Shown here piece by piece: positions 34,822-37,123 of a stretch of DNA of 37,123 bases (position 1 is the first letter of the stretch; each line of letters opens with the position of its first letter). The position numbers and the translations under genes are program-made. This DNA is from a virus (taxonomy: Duplodnaviria > Caudoviricetes). Under the pieces are notes generated by a model. That model saw only the letters and a list, made by a program, of their open reading frames with translations. It was not told where the DNA came from and ran no database searches. Location: positions 1-37,123 of the IMG/VR virus record IMGVR_UViG_3300013014_001932, one strand, 5' to 3'.

Positions 34822-35169
34822 ATGGCAACATTTTACAATATTACTGGTTATCAAGGCGACCATATACAATTAACTTTAAATTTAAAAGATAGTAGCGGAA
34901 TAGCACTTAATTTAAGTGGTTATGGTGTGCGTGGTCAAGTTCGGGCTAGCTATGGCTCTACAGGAGTTTTATTAGATTTAAATCCTACCATATCTGGAAA
35001 TGGTTTAAGCGGTATAGCTTCAATTAATATTGATTCATATATATCTGCAGATATTCCAATATCTGATCATGTTTATGATATTGAAAGATATCCATCTGGA
35101 ATATTAACTGGAAATAGTATTAAACTAATGCGAGGAAAGTTTTCAATTTTACCAGAAGTAACGAGATAA
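34822..35169 (+). CDS. Virion structural protein (BppU-N-like adaptor)
   Basis: QGD...L.LKD.SG..LNLSGY..RGQVR ... VYDIE ... LMRGKF.I.PEVTR pattern; GTGTAAT at 34808. Confidence 0.65.
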   Translation: MATFYNITGYQGDHIQLTLNLKDSSGIALNLSGYGVRGQVRASYGSTGVLLDLNPTISGNGLSGIASINIDSYISADIPISDHVYDIERYPSGILTGNSIKLMRGKFSILPEVTR

Positions 35170-35173
35170 GTTT

Positions 35174-37123
35174 ATGGCAGACATTAATGTAGATGTTAAT
35201 TTGCCTAGCACAATTAGTGTTGATGTAACATCGCCAACGCAAGTTTTAGCTACTAACATTTCTATTCCTGGGTCTCAAGGACCAAGAGGCGCTCCAACAA
35301 GCATTAACTCTTTAATTGCGAATAATATTGTAATAACTGGATCAGATGGTAATATAGTTTATAATACTGGCCTTAATACAATTTTTATTTCTGGTAATAG
35401 TGGATATTTTCAATCATCAATAAACTCATTAACAACTAATTTAAATAATACTGGCGCCAATTTAAATACTTCAATAAACTCTTTAAGTGGTTTATTTACA
35501 GGATATACTGGCTCTTTAGATGCAACATATGCAACTGATTCTCAATTAAATTCAACTGGTAATACATTAAATATTAAAATAGATAACCTAAGTGGTTATG
35601 TAAATTCTCAAGACACAAATTTATCAAATAATTTAGTTTCTACTGGATCTTCTCTTCAAAGTAACATAAATACACTTTCATCTAATTTAAGTTTAACAGG
35701 TTCAAATTTAGAAAATAAAATAACTTCACTAAGTGGTACATTAACTGGAAATTACGCTACAATTTTAAACTTGGCATCGACGGGAAGTACATTAAATTCT
35801 AATATAAATTCTTTGAGCGGATTGTTCACGGGTTATACTGGAACTTTAGACGCTACGTTTGCAAGTGATATTCAACTTGCGAATACTGGCACTACTTTAG
35901 TTAATGCTATTGACTCACTTAGTGGGACTTTAACTTCAACATATGCGACAATAACAAATTTAGCATCAACTGGTTCTACTTTAAATAATAGTATCAGCTC
36001 TTTGAGCGGAACTCTTACTAGTACTTATGCAACAATTAATAATCTAGCAAGCACTGGTTCTACACTACAAAGTAACATAAGCTCAACAGGCAACTCATTA
36101 GACAATAAGATTGGATCATTGAGTGGAACGCTAACATCTACTTATGCTACCATCATTAATCTTGCTAGTACTGGTTCTACATTAAATACAAAAATCAATG
36201 ACTTAAGCGGATATGTTAATACTCAAGACAATTCTATATCTAGTAATTTAATTTCTACTGGTAATACTTTACAAAATAGTATAAATTCACTTAGTGGCAG
36301 TTCAGTTTTACTTTATGGAAATCAAAGCGTTGGTGGAGTTAAAACTTTTAGAGATAATGTTTATATTAATAATCTTTTTGTTACTGGAACTGAAACTATT
36401 GTTAGTACTAATAATTTTAATGTTCAAAGTCCTTATGTTCTTTTGAATCTTACTGGTGGCGCAGTAGATGGTGGAATTTTCTTTGTTACTGGAAGTGGTT
36501 TAACAGGAATAAATGATACTGGTCCAATTATTGGTTTTGATCATTCTACTAAATTTAAATTTGGATTTAGCACAAGAAATAGTGATCTTTCAACTTTACC
36601 AGATATTGCTTCTGTGCAAGATATTCAAGCCTATAGTGGAGTTGCAGATAATAAATTTAGTACAATAACAAATTTAGCTAGTACTGGAAATACATTAGAA
36701 CAAAAAATCAGTTCTCTAAGTGGCACTTTAACATCTACATATGCAACGATAACTAACCTCGCTTCAACTGGAAGTACGTTAGTTACCAATATAGCGAGCA
36801 CTGGGAGTACGCTAGCAACTAATCTTGCTAACACTGGCTCTACTTTAAATTCTAGTATTAATTCATTAAGCGGAACTTTAACATCTACTTATGCGACAAT
36901 TAATAATCTAGGTTCAACTGGCTCAACACTGCAAACTAATATAAATAATCTCAGCGGTTATATAAATTCTACTGGTAGCAATATCGTTTTTACAACTGGG
37001 AACCAAACTGTAAGTGGAATTAAAACTTTCACTAATAATCTTGAAGTTCAAGGAACAGGAATTTTTAATGCATTGGATTTATCTAATATAAGTGACTTTT
37101 CTTTCTCTGGAGTTACGATTAAT
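35174..37123 (+). CDS. Long coiled-coil fibre protein; partial, runs off the right edge
   Basis: Not in the track; open from ATG 35174 (MADINVDVNLP...) to the window end. Repeats NLASTGSTL..I.SLSGTLTSTYATI; GNQTVSGIKTF motif shared with 27089..28753. Confidence 0.8.
   Translation, partial: MADINVDVNLPSTISVDVTSPTQVLATNISIPGSQGPRGAPTSINSLIANNIVITGSDGNIVYNTGLNTIFISGNSGYFQSSINSLTTNLNNTGANLNTSINSLSGLFTGYTGSLDATYATDSQLNSTGNTLNIKIDNLSGYVNSQDTNLSNNLVSTGSSLQSNINTLSSNLSLTGSNLENKITSLSGTLTGNYATILNLASTGSTLNSNINSLSGLFTGYTGTLDATFASDIQLANTGTTLVNAIDSLSGTLTSTYATITNLASTGSTLNNSISSLSGTLTSTYATINNLASTGSTLQSNISSTGNSLDNKIGSLSGTLTSTYATIINLASTGSTLNTKINDLSGYVNTQDNSISSNLISTGNTLQNSINSLSGSSVLLYGNQSVGGVKTFRDNVYINNLFVTGTETIVSTNNFNVQSPYVLLNLTGGAVDGGIFFVTGSGLTGINDTGPIIGFDHSTKFKFGFSTRNSDLSTLPDIASVQDIQAYSGVADNKFSTITNLASTGNTLEQKISSLSGTLTSTYATITNLASTGSTLVTNIASTGSTLATNLANTGSTLNSSINSLSGTLTSTYATINNLGSTGSTLQTNINNLSGYINSTGSNIVFTTGNQTVSGIKTFTNNLEVQGTGIFNALDLSNISDFSFSGVTIN

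Noticed and set aside
6233-36834. Remaining short antisense or alternative-frame ORFs in the track (e.g. 6233-6469, 8415-8618, 15993-16310, 23573-24055, 24802-25011, 31027-31248, 36631-36834)
   Set aside because: They lie within well-supported genes on another frame or strand and lack coding signals.
1-37123. Alternative genetic code (stop-codon reassignment), introns or inteins in TerL, portal or MCP
   Set aside because: Genes are full-length and densely packed under code 11 with TAA, TGA and TAG all used as stops; core proteins are of normal size with no intein motifs.

Overview
AT-rich segment of a large tailed dsDNA bacteriophage (Caudoviricetes), standard genetic code. The host is probably a diderm PVC-group bacterium (Verrucomicrobia/Planctomycetes), inferred from a PEP-CTERM beta-helix protein next to a GFTLVE prepilin-like gene. 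Layout from left to right: (1) a minus-strand host-surface cassette (pilin-like protein, PEP-CTERM protein, Cys-His-Asp membrane enzyme); (2) PhoH; (3) a sigma70-type promoter driving a Zn-ribbon protein, a phage sigma factor with a Cys-rich insert, an ERCC4 nuclease and the large terminase; (4) portal; (5) an inverted 9-kb block of three large virion/fibre genes, one a tail-tube-like protein with a 7-bladed RCC1 insert; (6) a split LRR gene, a DUF5824-like gene, prohead protease/scaffold, decoration protein and major capsid protein; (7) fibre and LamG genes; (8) a lysis cassette with three lipoproteins; (9) a truncated coiled-coil fibre. Most notable unexplained signals: a GTGTAA(T/A) motif before about 16 gene starts on both strands (candidate late promoter for the phage sigma), a fold-independent [S/T]-G dipeptide excess in virion proteins (candidate modification sequon), two multi-stem RNA elements flanking one gene, and a shared leader on the three inverted genes. 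All family calls come from motif recognition by eye; no database searches were run.
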